Shown here: in pieces, positions 50,271 to 63,452 of the stretch
Numbering within the stretch: position 1 is the stretch's first letter
Layout of the letters: the number at the start of each line of letters is the position of its first letter
Assembly (NCBI GenBank): GCA_029263075.1
Contig: JAJCYE010000019.1
Coordinates: 10,454 to 74,453, forward strand
Origin: Actinomycetes bacterium
Lineage (GTDB): Bacteria; Actinomycetota; CADDZG01; JAHWKV01
Direction of reading: 5' to 3'
DNA: 64,000 nt
Program-made: the position numbers and the translations under genes
The notes under the pieces: model-generated
The model's database searches: none
What the model was told of the DNA's origin: nothing
Seen by the model: the letters and a program-made list of their open reading frames with translations, nothing else

Positions 50271-51527
50271 TCAGGCGATGGTTCCGGGAGCCGGGAAGCT
50301 CCGGCAGAAGTCCGTAATTTCAGCGGACACCTTCTTGGCCAGGTCGTCGTCCTCGGGGGCCGAGACAATCTGGTCCATCCACTCCGCGATCCGCGCCATC
50401 TCCGGTTCCTTCATGCCGCGGGTTGTCACTGAAGGGGTGCCGAGGCGGATGCCCGACGGGTCGAACGGTTTGCGTGGGTCGAAGGGGACCGTGTTGTAGT
50501 TGAGTTCGATCCCCGCCCGGTCCAGCGCCTTGGCGGCAGGTTTGCCGAAGACGCCTTTGTTGGTGAGGTCGATCAGGATCAGGTGGTTGTCCGTGCCGCC
50601 GGAAACCAGGTCGAACCCACGATCGATCAGGGCAGCCGCCAGCGCTTTGGCGTTGGCAACAATCTGGTGGGCGTAGTCCTTGAATGCCGGCTGCGACGCT
50701 TCCTTTAGGGCCACCGCGATCGCCGCAGTGGTGTGGTTGTGCGGCCCGCCCTGAAGCCCGGGGAATACTGCAAAGTTGATGGCCTTGGCGTGTTCGGTCC
50801 GGCACATGGCCATGGCGCCCCTCGGCCCACGCAACGTTTTGTGGGTGGTGGTGGTCACCACGTCGGCATAGGGGACCGGGGAGGGGTGGGCTCCACCCGC
50901 CACCAGGCCGGCGATGTGGGCAATATCGGCCGCGAAGACCGCGCCGACCTCTTTGGCCACCTCGGCGAAGATCGAAAAGTCGATCTGGCGGGGGATTGCC
51001 GTGCCGCCGGCCCAGATCAGCTTCGGTTTTTCCTTGATGGCCAGGTCCCGCATCTGGTCGTAGTCGATGAGGTGGTCGTCCTTGCGAACCCCGTACTGCA
51101 CGGCTCGGAACCACCGGCCGGTGGCCGAAACGCTCCAGCCGTGGGTCAGGTGACCCCCGGACGGCAGCGCCATTCCCATGACGGTGTCGCCCGGCTGAAG
51201 GAACGCCAGATAGACCGCCAGGTTGCATGGTGAGCCGGAATAGGGCTGTACGTTGGCGTGCTCGGCGCCGAAGAGATCTTTGGCCCGTTGGATGGCCAGA
51301 TCTTCAATGGGGTCAATGAACTGCTGGCCTTCGTAGTAGCGCTTGCGCGGGTAGCCCTCTGAGTACTTGTTGGTGAGAAGAGACCCGGTAGCCGCTAGGA
51401 CTGCTTCAGAGACGTAGTTTTCGGAGGCGATCAGGCGGATCGACTGGGCTTGGCGCTTCTGCTCCCCGTTTATCAGTCCTGCGATGTCCGGATCTGTCGT
51501 TTCGAGGGCTGCCCAGTACTTGTCCAT
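50271..51527 (-). CDS. glyA: Serine hydroxymethyltransferase
   Basis: LIASEN, NKYSEGYP, GGHLTHG and TTTTHKTLRGPRG motifs. Confidence 0.97.
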   Translation of the reverse strand: MDKYWAALETTDPDIAGLINGEQKRQAQSIRLIASENYVSEAVLAATGSLLTNKYSEGYPRKRYYEGQQFIDPIEDLAIQRAKDLFGAEHANVQPYSGSPCNLAVYLAFLQPGDTVMGMALPSGGHLTHGWSVSATGRWFRAVQYGVRKDDHLIDYDQMRDLAIKEKPKLIWAGGTAIPRQIDFSIFAEVAKEVGAVFAADIAHIAGLVAGGAHPSPVPYADVVTTTTHKTLRGPRGAMAMCRTEHAKAINFAVFPGLQGGPHNHTTAAIAVALKEASQPAFKDYAHQIVANAKALAAALIDRGFDLVSGGTDNHLILIDLTNKGVFGKPAAKALDRAGIELNYNTVPFDPRKPFDPSGIRLGTPSVTTRGMKEPEMARIAEWMDQIVSAPEDDDLAKKVSAEITDFCRSFPAPGTIA

Positions 51528-51606
51528 GTCCTGAACCGTAAGGCTGCGCATTGGAACGGTCAAATGCATCGGAGGTGGGCGCCCGGCGGCAGTCTAGAAT
51601 GGCGCA

Positions 51607-52722
51607 GTGACCCGCTATCTGATGGTCCTGGTTGTTGCCGCCTTCGTTACGTATGTTTCCACCCCTGCAGTCCTCAAGTTCAGCAGGCGGGTGGGCGCCG
51701 TGGACGTGCCCAACGATCGTAAGGTCCACGCCGTGCCGACCCCGACGCTGGGCGGCATCGCCATGTTCATCGGCTTCATCGTCTCCTTGGCATTTGCGTC
51801 CTTACAGGGGCCTTTTAAAGGATCCTTCCGGCCGCTGTTCGTCTGGCCGGCGCCGGAATTGTTCGCAATTATCGTCGGGGCCGGGATCATCTTTGCCCTG
51901 GGGGTCTTCGATGATCTGAGGGGCCTGGGTGCTCCCATGAAGCTGGCGGGCCAGTTGCTGGCGGCGGGTTTTGTATTCCTTTCCGGGGTTCGGCTGGAGT
52001 ACTTCCGGGTTCCTTTTCGCGGCGTGGGCGCCCTTTCTATGTCGGCCGACATATCCGCTCTGGCCACGATCGCCTGGATCGTCCTGATCGTGAACGCCGT
52101 GAACCTGATGGATGGATTGGACGGACTGGCCGCGGGGGTGACCGCCATAGCCGCGGGCACATTTTTTATCTACACCTACCAGCTTCAGGTCCAGGGACTC
52201 GCGGGTCCCGAGCCGACCGCCGCGCTGATCTCGGCGGTCATTGTTGGCGTGACCATCGGGTTCCTGCGCTTCAACTTCAACCCGGCCCGGATCTTTATGG
52301 GGGACTCCGGGAGTATGGTGCTCGGGTTCTTGTTGGCCACCTCAACGGTGGCGGGCGTGGGCCGGTCCGCCACCCAGAACCAATCGGACATCTCGGCTGC
52401 TTTCCTGTTTTACCTGCCGCTGGCCATCCCGTTGATCGTGTTGGCCATCCCCCTTTTGGACACCGTCCTTGCCATCTTCCGCCGGGCCCGCAAGGGGCTT
52501 CCGGTCTTCCATCCGGATAAGGAGCATCTGCATCACCGGTTGCTGGAGATCGGGCACGGCCACAAGCAGGCCGTCCTGATCATGTACGCATGGACGGCCG
52601 TGATAGCGGGAATGACGCTGGCGTTGTCGTTCGCCCCGGTCTATATGCTCCCGTTCGCCGCGGCGGGCCTGTGGATGGTTCTGTACACCGCCCTCCCCAA
52701 GTTGAGCGGAAAGTCCCTTTGA
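51607..52722 (+). CDS. wecA: Undecaprenyl-phosphate GlcNAc-1-phosphate transferase (WecA/TagO/Rfe)
   Basis: P..GGIA, GVFDD, NAVNLMDGLDGLA, FMGDSGS and HLHHRL motifs. Confidence 0.9.
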   Translation: MTRYLMVLVVAAFVTYVSTPAVLKFSRRVGAVDVPNDRKVHAVPTPTLGGIAMFIGFIVSLAFASLQGPFKGSFRPLFVWPAPELFAIIVGAGIIFALGVFDDLRGLGAPMKLAGQLLAAGFVFLSGVRLEYFRVPFRGVGALSMSADISALATIAWIVLIVNAVNLMDGLDGLAAGVTAIAAGTFFIYTYQLQVQGLAGPEPTAALISAVIVGVTIGFLRFNFNPARIFMGDSGSMVLGFLLATSTVAGVGRSATQNQSDISAAFLFYLPLAIPLIVLAIPLLDTVLAIFRRARKGLPVFHPDKEHLHHRLLEIGHGHKQAVLIMYAWTAVIAGMTLALSFAPVYMLPFAAAGLWMVLYTALPKLSGKSL

Positions 52723-52921
52723 GCGACGCTGCCCCCGGTTTGACAGGTAGCTTGAGCGGCCCAGCCGCAGGCTTGACGGGGGAGTCCGGGGGCGGAGCCC
52801 CCGGATGCCATTTGCCCGTTACTTCAATTCCCGACTACTATGTGGGCGGTTCACGGTCGGGATTAGTTGTTCCCGCAATCGTGAGCGGCATTTCGCGCCT
52901 GGGAAAGGGTCGGACGACCTG

Positions 52922-53143
52922 ATGCCCGAAAACTCCAAGCCTCCGTTCACGTCGCACTACGGCAACGCAATGGGGCTTGCGGTCGAACTTGTCGCCACGA
53001 CCGCCGTGGGCGCCTTTCTTGGTTGGTTGATAGACGGCTGGTTGAACACGCGAGTGATCTTCCTTTTCGTCTTCGCTCTATTGGGCGGCGCAGCAGGAGT
53101 TTTGAGGCTTTACAGGACATATGGAACAGACAAAGTCGACTGA
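52922..53143 (+). CDS. AtpZ/AtpI-family ATP synthase accessory protein
   Basis: Two TMs with a G...GWLID.WLNT....L.....LG motif; first gene of the atp operon. Confidence 0.8.
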   Translation: MPENSKPPFTSHYGNAMGLAVELVATTAVGAFLGWLIDGWLNTRVIFLFVFALLGGAAGVLRLYRTYGTDKVD

Positions 53144-53600
53144 GCAGGAAGTGGATGGCGCAGCCGTGGAGTCCGAGGCTGTGGCCGTTGAACTCGAGGC
53201 GCCTGTCCAAGAACCTGCATCGGCGACCGCACGGCGAGTTTTGCTCAAAGCTTTCACCATCGGCGTACTGGCGGCCATTGTCGGCCTGGGTGCCGGGGGT
53301 AGTTCTGCAGCCATCGGCGCGTTTGCCGGTTGCCTGGCGGCTGCTGTTTATGTAATCGGCTATGTTCGGTCGCACGTGTTCCGCAAGTTTGCAGACAGCA
53401 CCTTCGATCCGCAGGTCACAAGGAACGCAGCGCTTCGCCTGGCAGCCATTATCGGAGCCGGGGTGGCGCTGTACCTGACGCTGGGGAAGCCCGCTACCCG
53501 GGCCTACCTGCTTGCGCTTGCGGCGTGCTGGTTGATTCTCGTAGTGACAGAGGCACCCCGAGCACTCAAGCAATTGAGGGCCCGGGGAATCATCGGTTAG
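53121..53600 (+). CDS. ATP synthase protein I-like membrane protein
   Basis: Four hydrophobic segments, directly upstream of atpB. Confidence 0.6.
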   Translation: MEQTKSTEQEVDGAAVESEAVAVELEAPVQEPASATARRVLLKAFTIGVLAAIVGLGAGGSSAAIGAFAGCLAAAVYVIGYVRSHVFRKFADSTFDPQVTRNAALRLAAIIGAGVALYLTLGKPATRAYLLALAACWLILVVTEAPRALKQLRARGIIG

Positions 53601-53612
53601 GAGGAACCAGGG

Positions 53613-54425
53613 TTGGCGTTGTTCTTGGCAACAGAGGCAGTTGAGAAAGAGTCACCGTTTACCGAACTCACAGGGCACCTGACGCCGCACCACTACGGCT
53701 GGGCTCCCCATTGGGAGATTGGCGGGATTGACCTTTCTCCCACCAACGCAGTAGTCAACATTTGGCTGGCGTCGTTCCTCTGTCTGGCGATCTTTTGGAT
53801 GGCTGCCAAGAAGCGTTCTCTGGTCCCCAGCGGCGTTCAGAACGTCATTGAGGTCATGGTCGACTTTGTGAAGGTCAACATCGTCTACTCGGTGATGAAC
53901 AACAAGGACGGTAAGAAGTGGTTCCCGTTCATCGCAACCGTTTTCTTCTTTATCTTTTTCCTTAACTCGGTGGGACTCATCCCGTACATCGGCTTCACCG
54001 CCACCGCCAACATTTTTGTGACCGCCACGCTGGCTATCCTGGTTTACGTCCTGGCGATCACCATCGGCATGGCGAAGAACGGTGTGCTCAAGTTCTGGCT
54101 TAAGACGCTTGTCCCCCCGGGACTCCCGAAGGTCATGGTGCCGTTGATGTTCCTCATTGAGATCATCTCGCAGCTGGCCCGGCCGCTTTCGCTGGCTGTT
54201 CGACTTTTTGCCAACATGCTTGCCGACCACCTGATGCTGCTGGTTTTCGCCGGCTTCATCTTCCTGGCAGCAGGCACTGCAGTGATCTACGGCATCCTGC
54301 CGATCTCGCTGCTCTTCATGGTCATCTTTACCGGGTTTGCCTTGTTCGTTGCCTTCATTCAGGCCGTGATCTTCGCTTTCCTGACCACTATCTACATCAA
54401 TGACGCACTTCACCCGGGCCACTAA
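53613..54425 (+). CDS. atpB: ATP synthase Fo subunit a
   Basis: RPLSLAVRLFANM and FIQAVIF motifs. Confidence 0.95.
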   Translation: MALFLATEAVEKESPFTELTGHLTPHHYGWAPHWEIGGIDLSPTNAVVNIWLASFLCLAIFWMAAKKRSLVPSGVQNVIEVMVDFVKVNIVYSVMNNKDGKKWFPFIATVFFFIFFLNSVGLIPYIGFTATANIFVTATLAILVYVLAITIGMAKNGVLKFWLKTLVPPGLPKVMVPLMFLIEIISQLARPLSLAVRLFANMLADHLMLLVFAGFIFLAAGTAVIYGILPISLLFMVIFTGFALFVAFIQAVIFAFLTTIYINDALHPGH

Positions 54426-54464
54426 TCTCGCTACCGGCCCGGTAAAGATCGAAAGGAGAAGGGT

Positions 54465-54737
54465 TTGAGCATTACAGCACTGGCGCAGGAAGCTGCGACC
54501 GGTATGACGGACAAGGGTCTTCAGCAGCTCGGAGCCGGTCTGGCGATCGGTTTGGCAGCAGGTGGAGGCGCTACGGGTATCGGCATCCTGTGGTCCAAGG
54601 GTCTTGAGGGCATCGGCCGGCAGCCGGAAGCACGCAGCACGCTGCAGGGTCTGATGTTCGTCGGATTCGCACTTGCCGAGGCGCAGGTTCTCTACGGCCT
54701 GATCGTCGCACTGCTCCTTCTTCTGGGCATCTTCTAG
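54465..54737 (+). CDS. atpE: ATP synthase Fo subunit c (H+-type signature)
   Basis: RQPE loop and LAEAQVLY; lacks the Q...E-S/T Na+ signature. Confidence 0.95.
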   Translation: MSITALAQEAATGMTDKGLQQLGAGLAIGLAAGGGATGIGILWSKGLEGIGRQPEARSTLQGLMFVGFALAEAQVLYGLIVALLLLLGIF

Positions 54738-54748
54738 GAGGCCTGCAA

Positions 54749-55303
54749 ATGCATTTGGTACTACTAGCTACGGAAGCCGCTGAGGGCGAAGGGGGATTTA
54801 ACCCCTTCGAGCCTCAGTGGGGACTTGTTGTATGGACGACGGTGGCATTCCTCGTGGTGCTCTTCCTTCTCTCCAAAAAGGTTTTCCCGAAGCTTCAGGA
54901 AGGCCTGGCGGACCGGGAGCGCAAGATCGCAGACGAGATCAAAGCCGCCGAAGCCACCCGAAACGAAGCCGAAAAGATCCTTGCCGACTACAAGAGCAGG
55001 GTGGCAGCGGCCCGCGAGGAGACCACGCAGTTGGTCGAGGAAGCCCGTGGCCAGGCAGAGAAGGTCCGTCAGGATCTGATCTCCCGTGCCGAAGGTGATG
55101 CCCGACTGATCGTCGACAAGGCGCGAAGGCAGCTTGCCGGCGAAAGGGAGCGGATCCTCAACGAACTGGAGAGCCAGTTGACGGTGTGGTCCACCACCAT
55201 CGCCGGACAGATCGTCCAGCGTGAACTCAACGCGGACTCCCATCGGGACCTGGTCGACAGCTTCATCGCCGACATCCGCAAGAGCGAGGCGGCGAAGTCT
55301 TGA
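54749..55303 (+). CDS. atpF: ATP synthase Fo subunit b
   Basis: Single TM followed by a long charged helix (LADRERKI...). Confidence 0.93.
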   Translation: MHLVLLATEAAEGEGGFNPFEPQWGLVVWTTVAFLVVLFLLSKKVFPKLQEGLADRERKIADEIKAAEATRNEAEKILADYKSRVAAAREETTQLVEEARGQAEKVRQDLISRAEGDARLIVDKARRQLAGERERILNELESQLTVWSTTIAGQIVQRELNADSHRDLVDSFIADIRKSEAAKS

Positions 55304-55839
55304 GCGAGGCAAATGGAGTCAAGGGCTACGCCCGGGCGCTCTACGAGATCGCGCAGGCCGAAGGCGATGTCGCCCGGGTTTCGGATGAGCTGTTCCGGGT
55401 TGCCCGGGCAGTGGAGTCGCACACCGAACTTCGGCGGGCATTGACCGACATCGCCATTCCGTTTTCGGGCAAAGAGCAGCTTCTCCAGGAGTTGCTCGGC
55501 AAGCAGGCTTCGTCCCACACGCTGAATGCAATTCGTTTTGTGATCAGCCAGGGCAAGGCCCGCGAGTTGGTGGAGATCGCGGACGAGCTGTCGAACATCG
55601 CCGCGGTCGAATCCAACAAAGAGGTGGCCGAGGTTCGCTCGGCTGTTGCGCTCGACTCCGCTCAAAGGGAGGCGCTTGCGCAGGCCCTCAGGGCTGCAAC
55701 CGGGCGCAACGTCGAGGTAAAAGCGATTGTTGACCCGAGTGTCATCGGCGGCGTGCTGGCCAAGGTTGGGGACATCGTTATCGATGGCACCGTACGGGGC
55801 AAGCTGGCGCAGCTCAAGCAGCACCTCGGGGTGGACTAA
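55300..55839 (+). CDS. atpH: ATP synthase F1 subunit delta
   Basis: YARALY and VDPSVIGG...VIDGTVR motifs. Confidence 0.94.
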   Translation: MSEANGVKGYARALYEIAQAEGDVARVSDELFRVARAVESHTELRRALTDIAIPFSGKEQLLQELLGKQASSHTLNAIRFVISQGKARELVEIADELSNIAAVESNKEVAEVRSAVALDSAQREALAQALRAATGRNVEVKAIVDPSVIGGVLAKVGDIVIDGTVRGKLAQLKQHLGVD

Positions 55840-55871
55840 CTCAAAGCAAGAACGTACGTAGAGGAGAACTG

Positions 55872-57512
55872 ATGCCCGATCTGACCATAGGACCGGATGA
55901 GGTAAAGGCTGCGCTCAACAACCTCTTCCAAAACTTCAAGCCCTCAACCACTCAGCAGGAAGTCGGACGAGTCATTGAGGCCGGCGACGGTATCGCACGC
56001 GTCGTCGGGCTTCCGAATGTCGTGGCCAACGAGATGCTGAAGTTCCCCGGGGACCTGATCGGCATCGCACTGAACCTTGAGCCCGAGCAGCTGGGTGTCG
56101 TCATCCTGGGCGACGCCAACGCAATCGAAGAGGGAATGCCGGTAACGCAGACCCACAACGTGCTCTCGATCCCGGTGGGCGACGCCTACCTCGGGCGTGC
56201 GGTCGACGCCCTGGGTAACCCCATCGACGGTCTGGGCCCGCTGGACAAGTCCAAGATCGACGGCACCAGAGAGCTGGAGTTGCAGGCGGCCTCGGTCATC
56301 AACCGCCAGCCGGTTACCGAGCCCCTTCAGACCGGTATCAAGGCCATCGACGCCATGATCCCCGTAGGCAGAGGGCAGCGAGAGCTCCTCATCGGGGACC
56401 GGCAGACCGGTAAAACCGCGGTGGCCATCGACACCATCGTCAACCAGAAGCAGTACTGGGGAACCGACAAGGCGGTCAAGTGCATCTACGTGGCCATCGG
56501 TCAGAAGAACTCCACAGTGGCCGAGGTCCTAAGCGGGCTAAAGGAAGCCGGCGCCATGGAGTACACCTGCGTGGTGAACGCTCCTGCTGCCGCTCCCGGC
56601 GCCTTCAAGTTCCTGGCGCCGTACTCCGGCTGTGCCATCGGCCAGCACTGGATGTACAAGGGTGAGCACGTCCTGATCGTGTACGACGACCTTTCCAAGC
56701 AGGCCGACGCCTACCGCCAGATCTCCCTACTGCTTCGCCGGCCCCCGGGCCGTGAGGCATACCCGGGCGACGTCTTCTACCTCCACTCCCGCCTGCTGGA
56801 GCGTTCGGCTCGTCTCTCCAAGGAGTTGGGCGGAGGTTCGTTGACGGCTCTGCCGGTCATCGAGACCAAAGAGGGAGACCTTTCGGCCTACATCCCTACC
56901 AACGTGATTTCGATTACCGACGGCCAGATCTTCTTCGAAGCCAACCTGTTCTACCAGGGCTTCCGTCCGGCCATCAACGTCGGTACGTCGGTCTCCCGGG
57001 TGGGGGGCGCAGCCCAGATCAAGGCGATCAAAAAGATTGCCGGTCCGCTGAAGATCGAGTTGGCTCAGTACCGAGAACTGGCGGCATTCGCCGGATTCGG
57101 TTCTGATCTGGACAAGGCCTCTCAGGCGCAGCTCAACCGTGGCGCTCGGCTGACCGAGCTCCTCAAGCAGGGCCAGTTCAGCCCGATGCCCGTCGAGGAG
57201 CAGTGTGTCTCGATCTACGCCGGTTCCAACAAGTACATGGACGATGTGCCCCTGACCGATCTGATCGAGTTCGACACGGGCCTTCGCGAGTACGTAGGAA
57301 CCAGGGCCCCGGAGATTTACGAACACATCCGGTCCAAGGGCGACTTCCCCGAAGAGATCGAGAAGGCGCTCCGCAAGGTGATCGAGGAGTTCAAGGCGAG
57401 CTTCAGTGCGGCCGAAGTGTCGGTGCCTGCGGCAAAACCCGCAGCGGCCAAGGCTGAGGCAGCTCCGCCGGCCGAGGCCGAGAACGCCGACGAGATGTCT
57501 GAGGAGGCGTAA
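55872..57512 (+). CDS. atpA: ATP synthase F1 subunit alpha
   Basis: GDRQTGKT and [20 protein letters not shown] motifs. Confidence 0.97.
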   Translation: MPDLTIGPDEVKAALNNLFQNFKPSTTQQEVGRVIEAGDGIARVVGLPNVVANEMLKFPGDLIGIALNLEPEQLGVVILGDANAIEEGMPVTQTHNVLSIPVGDAYLGRAVDALGNPIDGLGPLDKSKIDGTRELELQAASVINRQPVTEPLQTGIKAIDAMIPVGRGQRELLIGDRQTGKTAVAIDTIVNQKQYWGTDKAVKCIYVAIGQKNSTVAEVLSGLKEAGAMEYTCVVNAPAAAPGAFKFLAPYSGCAIGQHWMYKGEHVLIVYDDLSKQADAYRQISLLLRRPPGREAYPGDVFYLHSRLLERSARLSKELGGGSLTALPVIETKEGDLSAYIPTNVISITDGQIFFEANLFYQGFRPAINVGTSVSRVGGAAQIKAIKKIAGPLKIELAQYRELAAFAGFGSDLDKASQAQLNRGARLTELLKQGQFSPMPVEEQCVSIYAGSNKYMDDVPLTDLIEFDTGLREYVGTRAPEIYEHIRSKGDFPEEIEKALRKVIEEFKASFSAAEVSVPAAKPAAAKAEAAPPAEAENADEMSEEA

Positions 57513-57521
57513 GCACCCAAC

Positions 57522-59923
<2,402 letters not shown>

Positions 59924-59926
59924 GAC

Positions 59927-60190
59927 TTGACCACTCTGGAGGTCCAGCTGGTATCGGCGGAGGACGACCTTTACGTCGGCCCGGCGGAGTTCATATCCAC
60001 TCAGACCGTGGAGGGCTCCATCGGGATAATGCCGGGGCACACGCCGATTTTGGCGCAGCTCCCGGCCGGCGAAGTGAAGATTGTCTCCGGCGGGACCGAT
60101 CACAAATTCCAGATCGACGGTGGGTTCTTGACGGTTAAGGACAACAAGGTCATCATCCTGGCCGAGCCGGAAACGGGAGAGCCGGCCTGA
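59927..60190 (+). CDS. atpC: ATP synthase F1 subunit epsilon (short form, beta-sandwich only)
   Basis: GIMPGHTP, GGFL.V and ILAE motifs, then a stop at 87 aa. Confidence 0.92.
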   Translation: MTTLEVQLVSAEDDLYVGPAEFISTQTVEGSIGIMPGHTPILAQLPAGEVKIVSGGTDHKFQIDGGFLTVKDNKVIILAEPETGEPA

Positions 60191-60209
60191 TCCTGGGTAC
60201 TACCGCCAA

Positions 60210-61481
60210 GTGAATTACCTCACGATAAACGGGGGCAAGCGGCTTTCGGGCCGGGTGCAGATCTCGGGCGCCAAGAACTCGGCGCTCAAGTTGATGGCGG
60301 CATCGTTGTTGGGGCACGGGACCACGGTGCTCACCAACGTGCCCCGTATCAGTGATGTCTTCACAATGATCGAGGTCCTCCAGCGCCTGGGCGCTGGGGT
60401 GTCGTTTGAGGACAACACCCTTCGGATAGACACCTCGGGCGAAATCAGCACCATCGCTCCCTACGATTTGGTGCGCCGTATGCGGGCGTCGATCAACGTC
60501 CTGGGTCCCCTGCTCGCCCGCTCCGGCCACGCCCGGGTGGCCATGCCCGGCGGCTGCAATATCGGCAACCGCACCATCGATATGCACGAGGCTGGACTGA
60601 CCCAACTGGGGGTCAGGTTCACCTTTGACCACGGGTACCTCGAAGGCATTGCCGACAGGCTAGTCGGCAAGAAGCTGGTGCTCGACTTCCCAAGCCGGGG
60701 AGCCACCGAAAACCTGATGACCGCCGCGGTGCTCGCGGAAGGGGTGACCGTAATCGAGAACGCGGCCCGGGAGCCCGATATCGTGGACCTGGCAAGCTTC
60801 CTCAATGCCATGGGCGCTCAGGTTTGGGGCGCAGGCACCTCGACCATCGAGATCACCGGTGTCGGCCGGATGAGCTCCACCGAGTACCAGGTTTCAGCGG
60901 ACCCCATTGAGGCCGGAACCTTCGCCCTGGCCGTGCTGGCAACCGGAGGAGATGCCGAGCTTGCCGGCGCCCAGCCCGAGACCATGGAGATTTTCTTGGA
61001 GAAGCTGGCCCTGTCGGGAGCGGAGTGGGCCCCCACGGAGTCCGGCATCCGGGTCAAGTGTGAACGCAGGCCGCGGGCGGTCGATTTTGCGACCCTTCCT
61101 TACCCAGGATTCCCCACCGATCTGCAGCCACAGATGATGGCGTTTTTGGTGTCCGCCGAGGGGACGAGCATCGTTACCGAGAACGTTTTTGAAAACCGTT
61201 TCGCCCACACCCAGGAGCTGGTTCGGATGGGAGCCGACATAAGGACCGAGGGCCACCATGCGGTGATCCGGGGGGTGCCGGGGCTGCAGGGCGCCCCGGT
61301 GAAGGGTTCCGACCTGAGGGCCGGTGCGGCCCTGGTTGTGGCGGCTCTGGGTGCTGAAGGCACCACCGAAGTGCACGACTTTCATCACGTCGAGCGGGGC
61401 TACGAGGATTTTGCCGGCAAACTACGGAGCCTGGGCGCGGATGTTGAACTGATGGTTGAGACCACCTCGTTGCAGGTCTAA
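60210..61481 (+). CDS. murA: UDP-N-acetylglucosamine 1-carboxyvinyltransferase
   Basis: GAKNSAL, MRASI, PGGCNIG.R and PGFPTDLQ motifs. Confidence 0.96.
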   Translation: MNYLTINGGKRLSGRVQISGAKNSALKLMAASLLGHGTTVLTNVPRISDVFTMIEVLQRLGAGVSFEDNTLRIDTSGEISTIAPYDLVRRMRASINVLGPLLARSGHARVAMPGGCNIGNRTIDMHEAGLTQLGVRFTFDHGYLEGIADRLVGKKLVLDFPSRGATENLMTAAVLAEGVTVIENAAREPDIVDLASFLNAMGAQVWGAGTSTIEITGVGRMSSTEYQVSADPIEAGTFALAVLATGGDAELAGAQPETMEIFLEKLALSGAEWAPTESGIRVKCERRPRAVDFATLPYPGFPTDLQPQMMAFLVSAEGTSIVTENVFENRFAHTQELVRMGADIRTEGHHAVIRGVPGLQGAPVKGSDLRAGAALVVAALGAEGTTEVHDFHHVERGYEDFAGKLRSLGADVELMVETTSLQV

Positions 61482-61777
61482 AGACCTTTTCGGATCAGCC
61501 AATAGATGTAGAGACCGGCTACCAGCACCAGCACCATGGCAATCGGTGCGATCGTGCTTATCAGCCTGTCGGTCCGGGTTCTGACCCTGACGGGCGCCAC
61601 GTCTCCGTCGTAGGGCGGCAAGGTTGTGTGATTGGGGCCGGCCGTCTCAGTGGGTCCCGGGGCCGGCGATACCGGGGGGGAGTCGGTACCCATCGCGGGG
61701 AGAGGTATCAGGGCGCCGAAGGCAACGATCAGCAGGCAGATTAGCTTCGTCGCGCGGGAGCAGAGCTTCGAATCCAT
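61478..61777 (-). CDS. Small exported, membrane-anchored hypothetical protein
   Basis: Signal-like segment, Pro-rich spacer, C-terminal TM and RK tail. Confidence 0.5.
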   Translation of the reverse strand: MDSKLCSRATKLICLLIVAFGALIPLPAMGTDSPPVSPAPGPTETAGPNHTTLPPYDGDVAPVRVRTRTDRLISTIAPIAMVLVLVAGLYIYWLIRKGL

Positions 61778-61855
61778 TGGAAGCCGAGCGTAACCGAAAG
61801 TCTGTGTCTGCGGCGATGTCCACCCAGCCGGACGCTTCGGGCTATCCTGGGTGCG

Positions 61856-62839
61856 ATGCGGTTGCAAAACACCCTTCCGGTCGAGACCCTGCCGATACCC
61901 ACTCCGTTTGGGGTGGGGCAGGTGAACGCCTACATCGTGGCGTCGGATCCGATGACGCTCATCGACGCAGGCGTGAACACGCTGGCGGGCGAGAACGCGC
62001 TGAAGCTCGGTTTCGCCGCCAAGGGCCTCTTCGTTGAGTCGCTGGAACGAATCCTCGTCACCCATGGCCACCCGGATCACTACGGTCTGGTCCCGCTGAT
62101 CTGTAACGGCTCGGGCAGGGTCAAGGCCTACATGGGTGAAAAAGAGATCGAAAGGATCGCCGACACCGGGCCGGTCTGGGAATGGAGCCGGCACCTCCAG
62201 GAGGCGGGTTTCCCCGAACTGCTCCTAAAGGAGATCTCAAAGCTGGAGAGGGCGGTCAATCGGGTACACAAGGTTTGTGAACTTAATTGCCGCCCGATCG
62301 CCGACGGTGAAGTTTTCGAGTTCAGTGAGCTCAACCTGGTTGCTATAGCGCTTCCCGGACACACCGATGGGCATATGGGGTTCTTGGAACCCGACCACCG
62401 TGTCCTGTTTGGGGGGGATACGCTCCTGCCGCACTCCTACCCCAATCCGCTCATCGAGCCGATCCTGGAACCGGAAGGGGACTCGCCCAGCCGGAGGCGT
62501 CACAGCCTCAAGCACTACCTCGAAACTTTGGATCTGCTGCAGTCGTTGGATCTACAAACCGTCTATCCCGGCCACGGACCGGTAATTGACAACCCGAAAG
62601 AAACCATCGCCTTTATGCGAAGGCATCACGCTCGCCGGCTCGATCAGGTGAGTCAGTGCCTGACGGCCGGCGGCGCGACTGCCTTCGATGTTTCAGCCGT
62701 GCTGTACCCGGATGCCCGCTCTTACTGCCGGTTCCTCGCGGTCTCGGAGGCCGCTGCCCATTTGGATGTACTCGTGGCGCAGGGCAGGGCGGCCAACGAG
62801 ATCCGGGACGACGGCGTGGAGTACTTCACTACCGTCTGA
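61856..62839 (+). CDS. MBL-fold metallo-hydrolase
   Basis: THGHPDHYG, PGHT.GH, GDTL and PGHG motifs. Confidence 0.92.
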   Translation: MRLQNTLPVETLPIPTPFGVGQVNAYIVASDPMTLIDAGVNTLAGENALKLGFAAKGLFVESLERILVTHGHPDHYGLVPLICNGSGRVKAYMGEKEIERIADTGPVWEWSRHLQEAGFPELLLKEISKLERAVNRVHKVCELNCRPIADGEVFEFSELNLVAIALPGHTDGHMGFLEPDHRVLFGGDTLLPHSYPNPLIEPILEPEGDSPSRRRHSLKHYLETLDLLQSLDLQTVYPGHGPVIDNPKETIAFMRRHHARRLDQVSQCLTAGGATAFDVSAVLYPDARSYCRFLAVSEAAAHLDVLVAQGRAANEIRDDGVEYFTTV

Positions 62840-62844
62840 GTGCG

Positions 62845-63390
62845 TTAGGCCCCGCCGGCCTTCTCGTCGTCTCCGCCACTCAGTTTTTCTGCCAGCTTCG
62901 ACTCCCACTTCATGTTCGGGTCGCTGGAAAGGATGCCGGCCAACTTCTGACCGGTGGTCAGGCCTTCGCCTTCCTCGGCCTGTTCGGCGACTCTCCCGGC
63001 ATCGGGCGGATCTTCGTTGCCGGAGTCGGGGTTGGCGCTCGCGGCGCCGGCCTCGGCCGATGGGTCACTGCCCGTTGCTGGTTGCCCGCCGGCAGCGCTC
63101 TGCCCGTCGGCTTCGCTCTCAACGCCGCCCCCACCTTCGTAGGTCCCGGCGAACTTCGCCTTGGCACGCTCCGCAGCTTCGAACACCTCGGACTCGGAAG
63201 CCCTCGGGAATTCTTCACGGGCCTGCTGGGCCTCCGGGCTGTCGCTCCCCGGCAGGTCGGCGCCGCCCCCGCCGTCTGGGTTGTTCTCCAGGTTGCCCCA
63301 CTTCTTGGTGCCCTGGACATTTTCGATGTTGTCCTGCATTCGGTCGCCCGCATTCTGCCGAATCTGCTGCTCCATGTCGGTGTCCGCCAT
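62845..63390 (-). CDS. Acidic, Gly/Glu/Ala-rich hydrophilic (probably disordered) protein
   Basis: AAGGAGG SD; MADTDMEQQIRQNAG...; 181 aa with almost no hydrophobic core. Confidence 0.7.
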   Translation of the reverse strand: MADTDMEQQIRQNAGDRMQDNIENVQGTKKWGNLENNPDGGGGADLPGSDSPEAQQAREEFPRASESEVFEAAERAKAKFAGTYEGGGGVESEADGQSAAGGQPATGSDPSAEAGAASANPDSGNEDPPDAGRVAEQAEEGEGLTTGQKLAGILSSDPNMKWESKLAEKLSGGDDEKAGGA

Positions 63391-63452
63391 CTTGACCCTC
63401 CTTCTTGGTTGTGGTCTCGGGTGGTCCCACCGGGACTCACTTGGGGTTTTTC

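Noticed and set aside
51528-51606. Possible ZTP or glycine riboswitch upstream of glyA
   Set aside because: Only 79 nt, no consensus elements, and the start appears leaderless.
54465-54737. Na+-translocating ATP synthase
   Set aside because: The c subunit has E-A-Q and lacks the Gln and Ser/Thr Na+ ligands.
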